37,830 bases of DNA from Chloroflexota bacterium (GTDB lineage: Bacteria; Chloroflexota; Anaerolineae; B4-G1). The stretch is taken from contig DSAR01000164.1 in the NCBI GenBank assembly GCA_011046405.1, forward strand, positions 1 to 37,830, written 5' to 3'. The position numbers and the translations under genes were made by a program. Under the pieces are notes generated by a model. That model made no database searches. It saw only the letters and a program-made list of their open reading frames with translations, and had not been told where the DNA came from. Each line of letters begins with the position of its first letter. The stretch's first letter is position 1. This document shows positions 1 to 8,572 of the stretch, one piece after another.

Positions 1-1
1 G

Positions 2-1612
2 AGCGTGGAGATCTGTGTAGACGATGGGCCAACGCCTACACCCATCACGCCGACGCCGGTCACACCGACGCCGGTCACACCGACGCCGGTCACGCCGACG
101 CCGGTCACGCCGACGCCTACACCGCCCTCATCCGGCGAATTGAAAGTCACCTACACCACGGAGAGTGAGGACGCGAACACATATGCCGGCAAACTGATTT
201 TGGAGAATCCGAACACCAGTTACGCCTGGAACGGCGCCTACTTTGCTATCTGGTCGGAGGAATTCGAGACCACGTCGCAGATCACACAGATGGCGTACAC
301 GGATGGCGGCAGCCCGAACTACACTGTCGATGGCAATCGGGTGACCCTGGACCTGGGGTGGCGCAGCCTGTTCCCCTATGGAGAAAGGGTCGAGATCGAG
401 ATCGAGGCCATCAAGAGCGGGAACCAGGTGTATCCCCAGAACTTCAAGACCAACTATGTCCGCGGGGAGGACATCGTCTACCCCGATACGCCAGGTCTGC
501 CCCCCAGTTGGGAGCCGCAGAAGCCTGATCTGAGCGCGCAGGATCTGATCTTCGACCAGAACGCCTACTACGACGCCAACGTCGCGCCCATCACCGACGA
601 CATCATCGTCTACGACCCGCCCAACGTTACGCAGGTTCAGATCGGGCTGGCCCGCAATATCGGCTACCCGGTGAATGGAGCGGAGGATGCCCGGGCCTGG
701 ATTCCTACAAAGCTCATGGCGATGGGGATGGGCTTCGCCCTGGAGGAGTTCGGTATGAATCCCAACTACCTGGCTGCCCTGAGTATGAAGGAGAACTGGG
801 GGGCAGGCGTCACGCAGGACCCTTCCTTCAACGGAATCGAGCTAATCATCGACGGTGAAACGTGGATCTGGCCCATCGTGATCGACCATCCCGACGGGCC
901 GTACCAGGTGGAGGCGGGCAACTTCAACGATCTGGCCAAGTTCTTCCCCGACTACTTCCCGCCCGACGCCTTCCACGACGATTACACCCAGGTCTCGGCG
1001 GACATGAACGATCCCAACTGGGTCAGCTCTGCCATCGTGGCTGCCCTGAGCCTGACGGCGTCGCGGGAGCAACTGAACGCCGTGCCTGACATCGGTTACA
1101 ATGCGTTTATGGCCAACGCCCAGGATCCGTGGGCCGAGCTGGAGATTCTATCCTTTGCCTACAACCGGGGGATGGGTTCTCTGGCCAGCAAGAAGCTCTT
1201 CTCCGATAACCGGGAGCAAGCGCTGAACGTCCCGGACATCGTCGAAGCCTTCGAGATGGGCGGATTCGCCTCGCACGTCCCCACGGTGCGGGCGGTGACC
1301 GGCGCGATGAACGCCGAGACGAACGACATCTACGACGCTGAGATCACTTGGGCTGACATGGAACACTTCCTGTCGAAGTTGCGGACCTTCTTCGCCAACG
1401 GCGAGCCCTCGGACGCCGAATGGAACCAGATGACGCAGGACGTCCACCGGGCGTTCGACGTGCTGGCGGCCCACTGGGGTGGTTCCCACGTCTCTTTCCG
1501 CTACGATTTCCTGACCCTTCTACGGGTGATGAAACAATATCGACCGCTGCCTTATCACCCGCGACCGACCGGACAGGATTGGTACTATCAGGTGCAGAAC
1601 CTATCGCCATAA
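2..1612 (+). CDS. secreted multidomain protein, 5' end outside window: Pro/Thr linker, beta-rich module, C-terminal lysozyme / lytic-transglycosylase-like (GH23-like) domain
   Basis: The frame is open from the window edge and begins SVEIC, the motif that ends the P-domain of the next gene. A (V/I)TPTP linker spans nt ~29-128; stop TAA 1610-1612. The C-terminal part has KENWG, GPYQVE and FAYNRGMG in the order ES / GLMQ / AYNxG typical of GH23/SLT folds. Function is by motif recall only. Confidence 0.7.
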   Translation, partial: SVEICVDDGPTPTPITPTPVTPTPVTPTPVTPTPVTPTPTPPSSGELKVTYTTESEDANTYAGKLILENPNTSYAWNGAYFAIWSEEFETTSQITQMAYTDGGSPNYTVDGNRVTLDLGWRSLFPYGERVEIEIEAIKSGNQVYPQNFKTNYVRGEDIVYPDTPGLPPSWEPQKPDLSAQDLIFDQNAYYDANVAPITDDIIVYDPPNVTQVQIGLARNIGYPVNGAEDARAWIPTKLMAMGMGFALEEFGMNPNYLAALSMKENWGAGVTQDPSFNGIELIIDGETWIWPIVIDHPDGPYQVEAGNFNDLAKFFPDYFPPDAFHDDYTQVSADMNDPNWVSSAIVAALSLTASREQLNAVPDIGYNAFMANAQDPWAELEILSFAYNRGMGSLASKKLFSDNREQALNVPDIVEAFEMGGFASHVPTVRAVTGAMNAETNDIYDAEITWADMEHFLSKLRTFFANGEPSDAEWNQMTQDVHRAFDVLAAHWGGSHVSFRYDFLTLLRVMKQYRPLPYHPRPTGQDWYYQVQNLSP

Positions 1613-1855
1613 ACTTAGACGATCCAGACTTTGGAAGTCTCGAACGCTTATAGTGTCTAGGTAAGCGTTCAGGTGATTGAACTGTGGGACACGGACCGAC
1701 ACAGATTGCACGGATTTTTTCCCTTGAGTGCCAAGTAAGGCCTGCTTGATGGCCTCGATCTGTGTGAATCCGTGGAAATCTGTGTCCAATGTTCACCTGG
1801 CCTGAACGGTTACGTGTCTAGCAAACGACCATCAAGGTTTTTAAGGAGAAAAAAA

Positions 1856-4000
1856 GTGAATAGAAAAAAATTACTCGTTATCGCGACAGCGCTTCTGATC
1901 GGCGCTATGCTCCTGGTCAATATGGTCAGCGTGGCTGCTGATCCCATCCCGGAGTGGGCGCCCTACACCAACTACACCACTGGCGATCTGGTTACCTACG
2001 GCGGCGCGACTTACCAATGTATCCAGTCCCACATGTCGTTGCCGGGCTGGGAGCCGGCCAACGTGCCGGCGCTGTGGAAACTGGTGGGGGATGTGACGCC
2101 GACGCCAACCGACGAACCAACCGTGACGCCGGTCACGCCGACGCCGGTCACGCCGACGCCGGTCACGCCGACGCCGGTCACGCCGACGCCGGTCACGCCG
2201 ACGCCGCCGCCAGACTGTCAGACCTACACCAGCACCGACGCCCCGAAGGATCTGCCCGTCGGCGCGACCTCGGTCAGTTCGGTGCTATACGTGGGCGAGG
2301 GCGGCGAGATTACGGACGTCAACGTCAGCGTGGACGTGAGCCATGGTTACGTGGGCGACTTGATCCTGACACTCTCTCACCAGGAGACCGGTCAGAGCGT
2401 CAGGATCGTGGATCGACCCGGTTTACCTGAACTCTGTGAACAATGGGGCTGCCGGGGCAACGACATTGTCGCAACCCTGGACGACGCAGCGAGTGAGTCG
2501 GTGGAGAATCAATGTGCAATCACCAGACCAACCATCAACGGCACCTTCAAGCCCAATGAGGCCCTGAGTAAGTTCAACGGCGAGGATCAGGCGGGTACCT
2601 GGGTGTTGCACGTGGAGGATGCCTATCCGCCAGATGACGGGGGCACGTTAAACGGTTGGAGCGTGGAGATCTGCACCGGCGCCGGGCCAACGCCCACGCC
2701 GGTCACACCGACGCCTATCACACCGACGCCCATCACGCCTACACCAGTCACGCCGACGCCGGTCACGCCGACGCCGCCTCCCGGTGACTATCGCGTCATC
2801 GGCTACTACCCCCAGTGGGGTATCTACGCCCGCAACTTCTTCATCAAGAACATCGATACCAGCGGTTCGGCTGAGAAATTGACCCACATCAACTACGCCT
2901 TCGGCAACATCGTCGATGGCGAGTGCATCATGGTCACCCAACAGGGGGTGATGGACGCATGGGCCGACTATCAGAAAGGTTTCACCGCCGACATCAGTGT
3001 CAGCGGTGTGGCCGATACGTGGGATCAACCTTTGAGGGGCAACTTCAATCAGTTGAGGCAGCTCAAGGAAAAACATCCACATCTCAAGGTGTTGATCTCT
3101 CTCGGCGGCTGGACCTGGTCGGGCGGCTTCTCCGACGCGGCTATGACGGCGGCCTCTCGTCAGCGGGTGGCCCAATCCTGCATCGATCTGTACATCAAGG
3201 GCAACTTGCCCAAAGCGGGTGAACAGGGAGGCCCTGGCGTCGCCGCGGGTATCTTCGACGGCATCGACATCGACTGGGAATACCCGGTCGTCTGCACCAG
3301 CGCAAATCCCAACTGCGACCCGGCCGATAAAGAGAACTTCACACTGCTGCTGGCCGAGTTCCGCCGCCAGCTCGACGAAATCGACCCCAACTTGTTGCTG
3401 ACCATCGCTGGCCCGGCTGGTGAGGACAAGTTCCAGGAGACGGAATTGGACAAGATTCACCATTACCTGGACTTCATCAACCTGATGACCTACGATTTCC
3501 ACGGGGCATGGGATAGCACCGGTCCGACCAATTTCCACTCGCCGTTATATGCTTCGCCTAACGACCCTTCCACGGGCATCGTCAGAAAGTATTACGCCGA
3601 CTACGCCATAGGCGCCCACCTGGACGCCGGCATCCCGGCCCATAAGCTGGTTATGGGCGTACCCTTCTACGGGCGGGGTTGGAGAGGGGTGACGAACCAG
3701 AACAACGGACTCTACCAATCGGCCACCGGCCCGGCCCCGGGGACTTACGATAACGGCGTGGAGGATTACAAAGTATTGAGGAACCTGAACTATCCTGAAT
3801 ACCGGGACGAGCAATACACCCAGGCCTACTGGATCTTCAACGGCGATATCTTCTGGAGTTTCGACGATCCGGTTTCGATGGCCAACAAGATGAACTACAT
3901 CAAGGCGAAAGGTCTGGGCGGCGCGATGATCTGGGCGCTGGATGGGGATACGCCCAACGGTGAATTGATCAACGTCGTGCACAACGGGCTCAACAACTGA
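1856..4000 (+). CDS. secreted GH18 chitinase with CBM5/12 chitin-binding domain and an inserted proprotein-convertase-type P-domain
   Basis: GTG 1856 follows AAGGAG (1843-1848). Signal-like N-terminus KKLLVIATALLIGAMLLVNMVSVAA. CBM5/12 motif YTTGDLVTYGGATYQCIQSH...VPALW. P-domain-like DLILTLSH...GTWVLHVED...NGWSVEIC. GH18 catalytic DGIDIDWEYP. Two PT linkers. The ORF-track start at 1772 is an upstream extension lying inside a repeat. Confidence 0.93.
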   Translation: MNRKKLLVIATALLIGAMLLVNMVSVAADPIPEWAPYTNYTTGDLVTYGGATYQCIQSHMSLPGWEPANVPALWKLVGDVTPTPTDEPTVTPVTPTPVTPTPVTPTPVTPTPVTPTPPPDCQTYTSTDAPKDLPVGATSVSSVLYVGEGGEITDVNVSVDVSHGYVGDLILTLSHQETGQSVRIVDRPGLPELCEQWGCRGNDIVATLDDAASESVENQCAITRPTINGTFKPNEALSKFNGEDQAGTWVLHVEDAYPPDDGGTLNGWSVEICTGAGPTPTPVTPTPITPTPITPTPVTPTPVTPTPPPGDYRVIGYYPQWGIYARNFFIKNIDTSGSAEKLTHINYAFGNIVDGECIMVTQQGVMDAWADYQKGFTADISVSGVADTWDQPLRGNFNQLRQLKEKHPHLKVLISLGGWTWSGGFSDAAMTAASRQRVAQSCIDLYIKGNLPKAGEQGGPGVAAGIFDGIDIDWEYPVVCTSANPNCDPADKENFTLLLAEFRRQLDEIDPNLLLTIAGPAGEDKFQETELDKIHHYLDFINLMTYDFHGAWDSTGPTNFHSPLYASPNDPSTGIVRKYYADYAIGAHLDAGIPAHKLVMGVPFYGRGWRGVTNQNNGLYQSATGPAPGTYDNGVEDYKVLRNLNYPEYRDEQYTQAYWIFNGDIFWSFDDPVSMANKMNYIKAKGLGGAMIWALDGDTPNGELINVVHNGLNN

Positions 4001-4050
4001 GGCGTAAGGGGTAGCGATTCAATAACGCGGCTTTCGACGACAGAAACCTG

Positions 4051-4090
4051 AGCGGGGCGAACGATTGACGATTCGCCCCGCTCTGTTTGC
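4051..4090 (+). terminator. rho-independent-type terminator after the chitinase gene
   Basis: Perfect 11-bp stem AGCGGGGCGAA / TTCGCCCCGCT (4051-4082) with a 10-nt loop, followed by a CTGTTTGC tail. The T-tract is weak. Confidence 0.55.
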
Positions 4091-4265
4091 CCCTCACCAG
4101 GCGAGAAAGCGGGTTTAGGGCAATACGGTTTAGATAAGCTGGGGGTATCTACTCACCTTGCGCCCGCCGGATCACAATCCGGAAGCCGGATCGTAATCCG
4201 CTCTGCACATATATACTGAGCAGCAGTTACGTATTCTGTTCCTGCTTCATGAGGCTGATGCCGTT

Positions 4266-6023
4266 CTAACGGCCAAATTCTTGAGCCAAGCGCTCGACGG
4301 TCAGGTGAATCATAGTGGGACGCCCATGAGGACACGTGAGCGGGTTCTCACACTGCTCCAGGGCGCGTATCAGTTCCTCCATCTCGGCCCGAGACATCAC
4401 CTGACCGGCCTTGATCGCGGCCCGCTTGCACACGTGCCGCGCAACCTTTTCCTCCAGCGTCTCCACCAGGGGCGCGTCCCCCGCGTCCAACGCCGCCGCG
4501 ACGTCCTCCAGCACGTTGCCAGGGCTGGCCTGGGCGACGATGGCGGGCACAGCCCGCACCAGCATCGTATTTCCGCCAAAGGGCTCCACTTGAAATCCCA
4601 AACTATCCAAAACCTCCAGGTGCTCCTCCAGCAGGCCCGCGGCCTCGGCCCCCAATTCGACGCTTTGAGGTTCCAGCAGGACCTGCGAGGCGACCCGGGC
4701 CTGTTCACGCTGAGACAACAACTGCTCGAACAGCACCCGTTCGTGAGCGGCGTGTTGATCGATCAGGTACATCCCCGCCGGCCCCTCGGCGACGACGTAG
4801 GTGGCGCCCACCTGCCCAATGACGCGCAGCGGGGGGATCCGGTCGGTCGCTGGCGCCAGCACGCTCTCCTCCGCATCGCTCCTGTCGGACGCCCTTTCTT
4901 CGAAGCGAAGCTGTCTCCCGGTCGCTGATGATTCCAGGTGGGATAAGCGGTCGAGACGCTCCTCCCGGCGGCGGTCAAACGATGTGGGCCAGGCCATGGC
5001 CGTCCGGGTCGCGACCGGCGTCGGCGACCGTTGGAGCAGCGTCTGGCGCACCGCTTTCTGGACGGCCCGGAAGACGACGTCGCCATCCCGGAAGCGCACC
5101 TCCGATTTGGCCGGGTGTACGTTCACGTCCACGTCGGCCGGCGGCAAGTCGACCATCACCACCGCCAGGGGATAGCGTCCGTGGGGGATCAGGGAATGAT
5201 ATGCCTGGATGACGGCGTAGCTCAAACTGGCGTCCTGTACCCACCGCCCGTTGACGAAGAGCGTGATGTAGGTCCGATTGGCCCGGTGCAGAGAGGGCGG
5301 GCTGACGAAACCGGTCACGCGAATATCAGGAGCCGGCTGCGCATCTGCCGGGGTGATTTCCAGGAGAGCGGCCCCAATCTCCAGGTTGTAGACCGCTATC
5401 AGGACGTCGCGCAGGCCGCCGCTGCCTGGAGACTGAAAAGTTACCTTGTCGTCGTGAGCGAGGGTAAAGCGAATTTGGGGATAGGCCATCGCGTAGCGGG
5501 TGAGCCAGGCGTCGATGTGCCGGCGCTCGGTTCGGTTCGTGCGCAGGAACTTGCGGCGAGCGGGGACGTTGAAGAACAAATTCTCGACAGACACCCCCGT
5601 GCCGGGGGGACGCCCGCTTTCCTGGCGGGTGATGATGCGTCCGCCTTCGATTCGCAGCAACACGCCGATGCTTTCGTCGGCTGCTCGTGTCACGAACGTC
5701 ACATGGCTGACGGCAGCGATAGAGGCCAAGGCCTCACCCCGGAACCCCAATGTGGTGATGCGATCCAGATCGTCCGCCGAGTTCAGTTTGCTGGTCGAAT
5801 GGCGCTCGAAAGCGATCTCGACCTCGTCGGCCGGGACGCCGAGGCCATCGTCAGCCACGCGAATGAGCTTTTTCCCACCATCGCGGGTTTCCACACGAAC
5901 GTCCCGTGCGCCAGCGTCTATGCTATTTTCGACCAATTCTTTGACGACAGACGCCGGCCGCTCGACCACTTCACCGGCGGCAATCTGCGACGCGACGTCC
6001 CTGGACAACACCCGAATTGGCAT
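4266..6023 (-). CDS. mutL: DNA mismatch repair protein MutL
   Basis: N-terminus MPIRVLSRDVASQIAAGEVVERPASVVKELVENSIDAGA is the GHKL ATPase signature. C-terminal CPHGRP motif. ATG 6023 is preceded by AAGGAGG with a 5-nt spacer; the ORF-track start 6044 has no RBS. Confidence 0.95.
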   Translation of the reverse strand: MPIRVLSRDVASQIAAGEVVERPASVVKELVENSIDAGARDVRVETRDGGKKLIRVADDGLGVPADEVEIAFERHSTSKLNSADDLDRITTLGFRGEALASIAAVSHVTFVTRAADESIGVLLRIEGGRIITRQESGRPPGTGVSVENLFFNVPARRKFLRTNRTERRHIDAWLTRYAMAYPQIRFTLAHDDKVTFQSPGSGGLRDVLIAVYNLEIGAALLEITPADAQPAPDIRVTGFVSPPSLHRANRTYITLFVNGRWVQDASLSYAVIQAYHSLIPHGRYPLAVVMVDLPPADVDVNVHPAKSEVRFRDGDVVFRAVQKAVRQTLLQRSPTPVATRTAMAWPTSFDRRREERLDRLSHLESSATGRQLRFEERASDRSDAEESVLAPATDRIPPLRVIGQVGATYVVAEGPAGMYLIDQHAAHERVLFEQLLSQREQARVASQVLLEPQSVELGAEAAGLLEEHLEVLDSLGFQVEPFGGNTMLVRAVPAIVAQASPGNVLEDVAAALDAGDAPLVETLEEKVARHVCKRAAIKAGQVMSRAEMEELIRALEQCENPLTCPHGRPTMIHLTVERLAQEFGR

Positions 6024-6219
6024 AAAGCCCTCCTTTGAGTCCATTTAGGAGTTACGCAGTTAGCTCATCAACAACCGGAATTAGCCACGAATTTTGCTTT
6101 TCTATTCGTGGCTGCACTGAAATAAGCCTAGATTTCACCACAGAGACACAGAGAGCACAGAGAATTTAACATTTTACTCAAAAAAATTCACGGTTTGGCA
6201 CGATTTACGTAAAAATTTT

Positions 6220-6369
6220 GGCTCTCTGGTAGTTCGCCTGGTTGGCTTAGCAAGTGGTCAGCTTTTCGCCACGAATTACACGAATTGTCACTAATTTTGG
6301 GTTTTTCGTGTTAATTCGTGCAATTCGTGGCTAATCTCTGACCGCGGCCATGCGAAATCCCAAAGAATC
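6220..6369. repeat. dispersed ~150-bp CACGAAT-palindrome repeat, family A copy 1
   Basis: Nearly identical to 36936-37086 and related to 9533-9705. The core hairpin GCCACGAATTACACGAAT...ATTCGTGCAATTCGTGGC has arms that are reverse complements except for one mismatch (A/G). Flanked by AATTTT on both sides. Confidence 0.85.
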
Positions 6370-6467
6370 AATTTTTCTCCTTGTTCTCGGTGGCTTTGTG
6401 CTAAGATGACCTTTTTTCAGTAGAGTCATTCGTGAAATTCATGGCAGAGAAAGCCTCAACTGCGTAA

Positions 6468-6638
6468 TTTGACAATGGCACATTACAGCGCACAGCGGTT
6501 AAAACCGCGTGGCTACAGCGCGTAAAAATCACGCATTGCAAAACCTGCTTTCGCAGGTTAGTTTATAGTCGGCGTAGGCCGACTTTGCAGTTGTGGCCCG
6601 CGAATTTATTCGCCGGGGACAAATGTGCCATTGTCAAG
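6468..6638. mobile_element. palindromic MITE-like element inserted into the right TIR of the outer element
   Basis: 16-bp perfect inverted termini TTGACAATGGCACATT (6469-6484) / AATGTGCCATTGTCAA (6622-6637). Flanked by a 4-bp direct repeat GTAA (6464-6467 and 6639-6642). Removing the element and one GTAA restores the outer TIR exactly. Confidence 0.75.
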
Positions 6639-6719
6639 GTAACTCCTACCATTATCAAGGGGATTTTATCACACAAACTGACCCAGGCAAAGCGCACAAA
6701 GGGCTGAAATTGTGAACGT

Positions 6720-6748
6720 TTGACTTTTTAGCGCCCTTGGGGTAGCAT
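6720..6748 (+). promoter_or_regulatory. sigma70-type promoter of the SRP RNA gene
   Basis: TTGACT (6720-6725), 17-nt spacer, TAGCAT (6743-6748). The predicted start ~7 nt downstream coincides with the 5' end of the SRP RNA closing helix. Confidence 0.6.
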
Positions 6749-6754
6749 GTTTGT

Positions 6755-7025
6755 GGTCGTGCTAGACGGGGAGCTGGCGGTGCCTTGTACCCGCAATCCG
6801 CCATAGCGGGGTTGAATTCCCTCCCCGAGGAATGTCCTGCTTGATACTGCCCTGGTTATCTGGTGTCGAAGACTGGGTCCTGCGCGGCAGAAATCTCCGA
6901 ACCCCGTCAGGTCCGGAAGGAAGCAGCGGTAAGGAGTATCTCTCTGGGCGCCGCAGGGGTGCCTGGTCGGAGCCGGGTAGCCCGGGTAAGGCGAGTAGTC
7001 CGTTTCGACGGGAGGGTGCACGACC
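6755..7025 (+). ncRNA. ffs: signal recognition particle RNA, long (Bacillus-type, Alu-domain-containing) form
   Basis: Universal helix-8 motif GTCAGGTCCGGAAGGAAGCAGC at 6906-6927. The 5' part GTGCTAGACGGGGAGCTGGCGGTGCCTTGTACCCGCAATCCGCC closely parallels the B. subtilis scRNA Alu domain as I recall it. 5' GGTCGTGC pairs with 3' GCACGACC. Ends are +/- a few nt. Confidence 0.9.
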
Positions 7026-7101
7026 AAAAACAAGACGTCGCCGGATCAAAAGATCGGGGGCGTCCTGGTATTTGGAAAGACCAGATTGATGAATACGCCA
7101 G

Positions 7102-7129
7102 GCGGCGGTCATACCGCCGCTTCTGTGTT
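7102..7129 (+). terminator. hairpin plus T-rich tail downstream of the SRP RNA
   Basis: GCGGCGGT cat ACCGCCGC (7102-7120) followed by TTCTGTGTT. It lies ~75 nt beyond the mature 3' end, which would imply processing of a longer precursor. Confidence 0.45.
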
Positions 7130-7134
7130 ATAAT
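7126..7134 (+). promoter_or_regulatory. possible extended -10 promoter for the YabE-like gene
   Basis: TGT-TATAAT (7126-7134), 33 nt before ATG 7167. No clear -35 and no clear SD. Confidence 0.3.
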
Positions 7135-7166
7135 CTCGTAAACATTTATCCCTTTCGGGTATATCC

Positions 7167-8564
7167 ATGAATTACATTCAAATTCCACGCGGGCTGAAGG
7201 TGCTCGTGGCCTTGATCTTCATCTTCGGCGCCATGGCCGCGGGTTATCAGAACAGTATGACCCCCATCACCCTGGTCGTTGATGGGCAGGAATATGCATT
7301 GCACACGCATCAGAAGACCCTGGGCGCGTTTTTGATGGACATCGGTCTGACCCTTCACCCCAAAGACATCATCTACCCACGACGAATGGATACTCCCCTG
7401 CAATCCAATATGCACGTCGACGTGCAGCGGGCTCAACTCGTCCACATCAACGCCGACGGTCATCACGCATCTCACTATACCCATTCTGGATCAATCGATC
7501 TGATCTTGCAAGAAGCGCGTCTGTCGGTCAATCCCTACGACGAGATAAGGGTCGAAGGCCAGATTCACCCACTCGACGCCGGACTGGATGATCTGAAACC
7601 GGCCCAGATCACGATTCGTCGCGCCACCCCCTTTACGTTGCACGATGGCGAAAATACCTCGACGCACCACAGCATAGCCAATACCGTGGGAGAGGCCCTG
7701 CGCCACGCCGGATTGACGCTTTACCTGGCCGACGGCGTCGAGCCGGCGCTGGGGGAACGGCTATCGGCGGGTATGCACATCCACGTCAATCGCTCGAAAC
7801 CAGTCACGGTTCAAGTGGATGGTCGCACGATGCGCGCCCGCACACACCGGGAGCACGTGGGAGAGGTGCTGGCCGATCTCGGCGTGATATTGACCGGTCA
7901 GGATTATGCCGAACCGCCGCTCGACGATGAATTGGGGGAGCAAACCTCGATTCGAGTGGTCCGGGTCAGCGAGCGATTCTTGATCGAACAGGAGCCTATC
8001 CCCTTCGAGATCCTCTGGCAACCCGATCACGATCTGGAGATCGATCACGAACGGGTGATGCAAGAAGGCGCCCGGGGTGTACGCGAACGGCGCATCCGGG
8101 TACGCTACGAGGACGGACACGAGATAGCGCGGGAGGTTGATAGCCAATACGTCGCCGTCCCACCGACCAACAAGGTATTTGGGTATGGGACCAAAGTCGT
8201 CGTCCGGACTCTCGACACCCCCTCGGGGCCGGTCGAGTATTGGCGCAAGCTGCGCGCGTTGGCGACCTCCTACTCGGCTGGGACGGCGGGGACACCGAGA
8301 TCGAGCCCCTGGTATGGCCGCACGGCCACCGGTATGCAGATGAGACACGGTATCGTGGCTGTCGATCCCCGGGTGATCAAACTGCACAGTCATGTGTATG
8401 TGCCCGGATATGGCGTTGGCATCGCCGGCGATACGGGCGGCGCCATCAAGGGACGGCGAATCGACCTGGGATACGACGACGACAACCTGGTGCTCTGGTA
8501 CCGGTGGGTGGACGTCTACCTCCTCACGCCTGTGCCCGATCAGATTCGGTACGTTCTGGATTAG
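7167..8564 (+). CDS. YabE-like cell-wall protein: N-terminal TM anchor, 3x DUF348, G5 domain, C-terminal 3D (MltA/RlpA-like) domain
   Basis: TM segment LKVLVALIFIFGAMAAG. Three repeats of the pattern VxVDG...H....TVGE.L...G..L...D, consistent with DUF348. G5-like ...EQEPIPFE...RVMQEGARGVRERRIRVRYEDG. 3D-like tail GRTATGMQMRHGIVAVDPRVI...VYVPGYGVGIAGDTGGAIKGRRIDL. It sits directly upstream of rsmA, as yabE does upstream of ksgA in Bacillus. Confidence 0.85.
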   Translation: MNYIQIPRGLKVLVALIFIFGAMAAGYQNSMTPITLVVDGQEYALHTHQKTLGAFLMDIGLTLHPKDIIYPRRMDTPLQSNMHVDVQRAQLVHINADGHHASHYTHSGSIDLILQEARLSVNPYDEIRVEGQIHPLDAGLDDLKPAQITIRRATPFTLHDGENTSTHHSIANTVGEALRHAGLTLYLADGVEPALGERLSAGMHIHVNRSKPVTVQVDGRTMRARTHREHVGEVLADLGVILTGQDYAEPPLDDELGEQTSIRVVRVSERFLIEQEPIPFEILWQPDHDLEIDHERVMQEGARGVRERRIRVRYEDGHEIAREVDSQYVAVPPTNKVFGYGTKVVVRTLDTPSGPVEYWRKLRALATSYSAGTAGTPRSSPWYGRTATGMQMRHGIVAVDPRVIKLHSHVYVPGYGVGIAGDTGGAIKGRRIDLGYDDDNLVLWYRWVDVYLLTPVPDQIRYVLD

Positions 8565-8572
8565 ACGTTTCA

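Larger units (their letters stand above)
6046..6648. mobile_element. non-autonomous MITE-like element (outer element of a nested insertion), no ORF
   Basis: 16-bp terminal inverted repeat TAGGAGTTACGCAGTT at 6046-6061. Its partner AACTGCGTAACTCCTA is reconstituted from 6458-6467 plus 6643-6648 once the inner element is removed. Flanked by direct repeat CCATT (6041-6045 and 6649-6653). Confidence 0.7.

Noticed and set aside
1772-1855. 5' extensions of real genes given by the ORF track (1772, 6044, 8240, 9632, 13879, 16535, 21354, 26844, 27656, 29385, 30068, 34918).
   Set aside because: The extensions overlap the preceding gene or run through intergenic repeats and lack an RBS. Internal starts with good SD sequences and sensible N-termini (signal peptides, Rossmann folds, P-loops) were chosen instead.
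29-2780. The 15-bp-periodic tandem DNA repeats (ACGCCGACGCCGGTC) at three sites, considered as a VNTR or array-like element.
   Set aside because: They are in frame and encode Pro/Thr interdomain linkers of secreted enzymes. They are reported as a recombination substrate, not as an independent genetic element.
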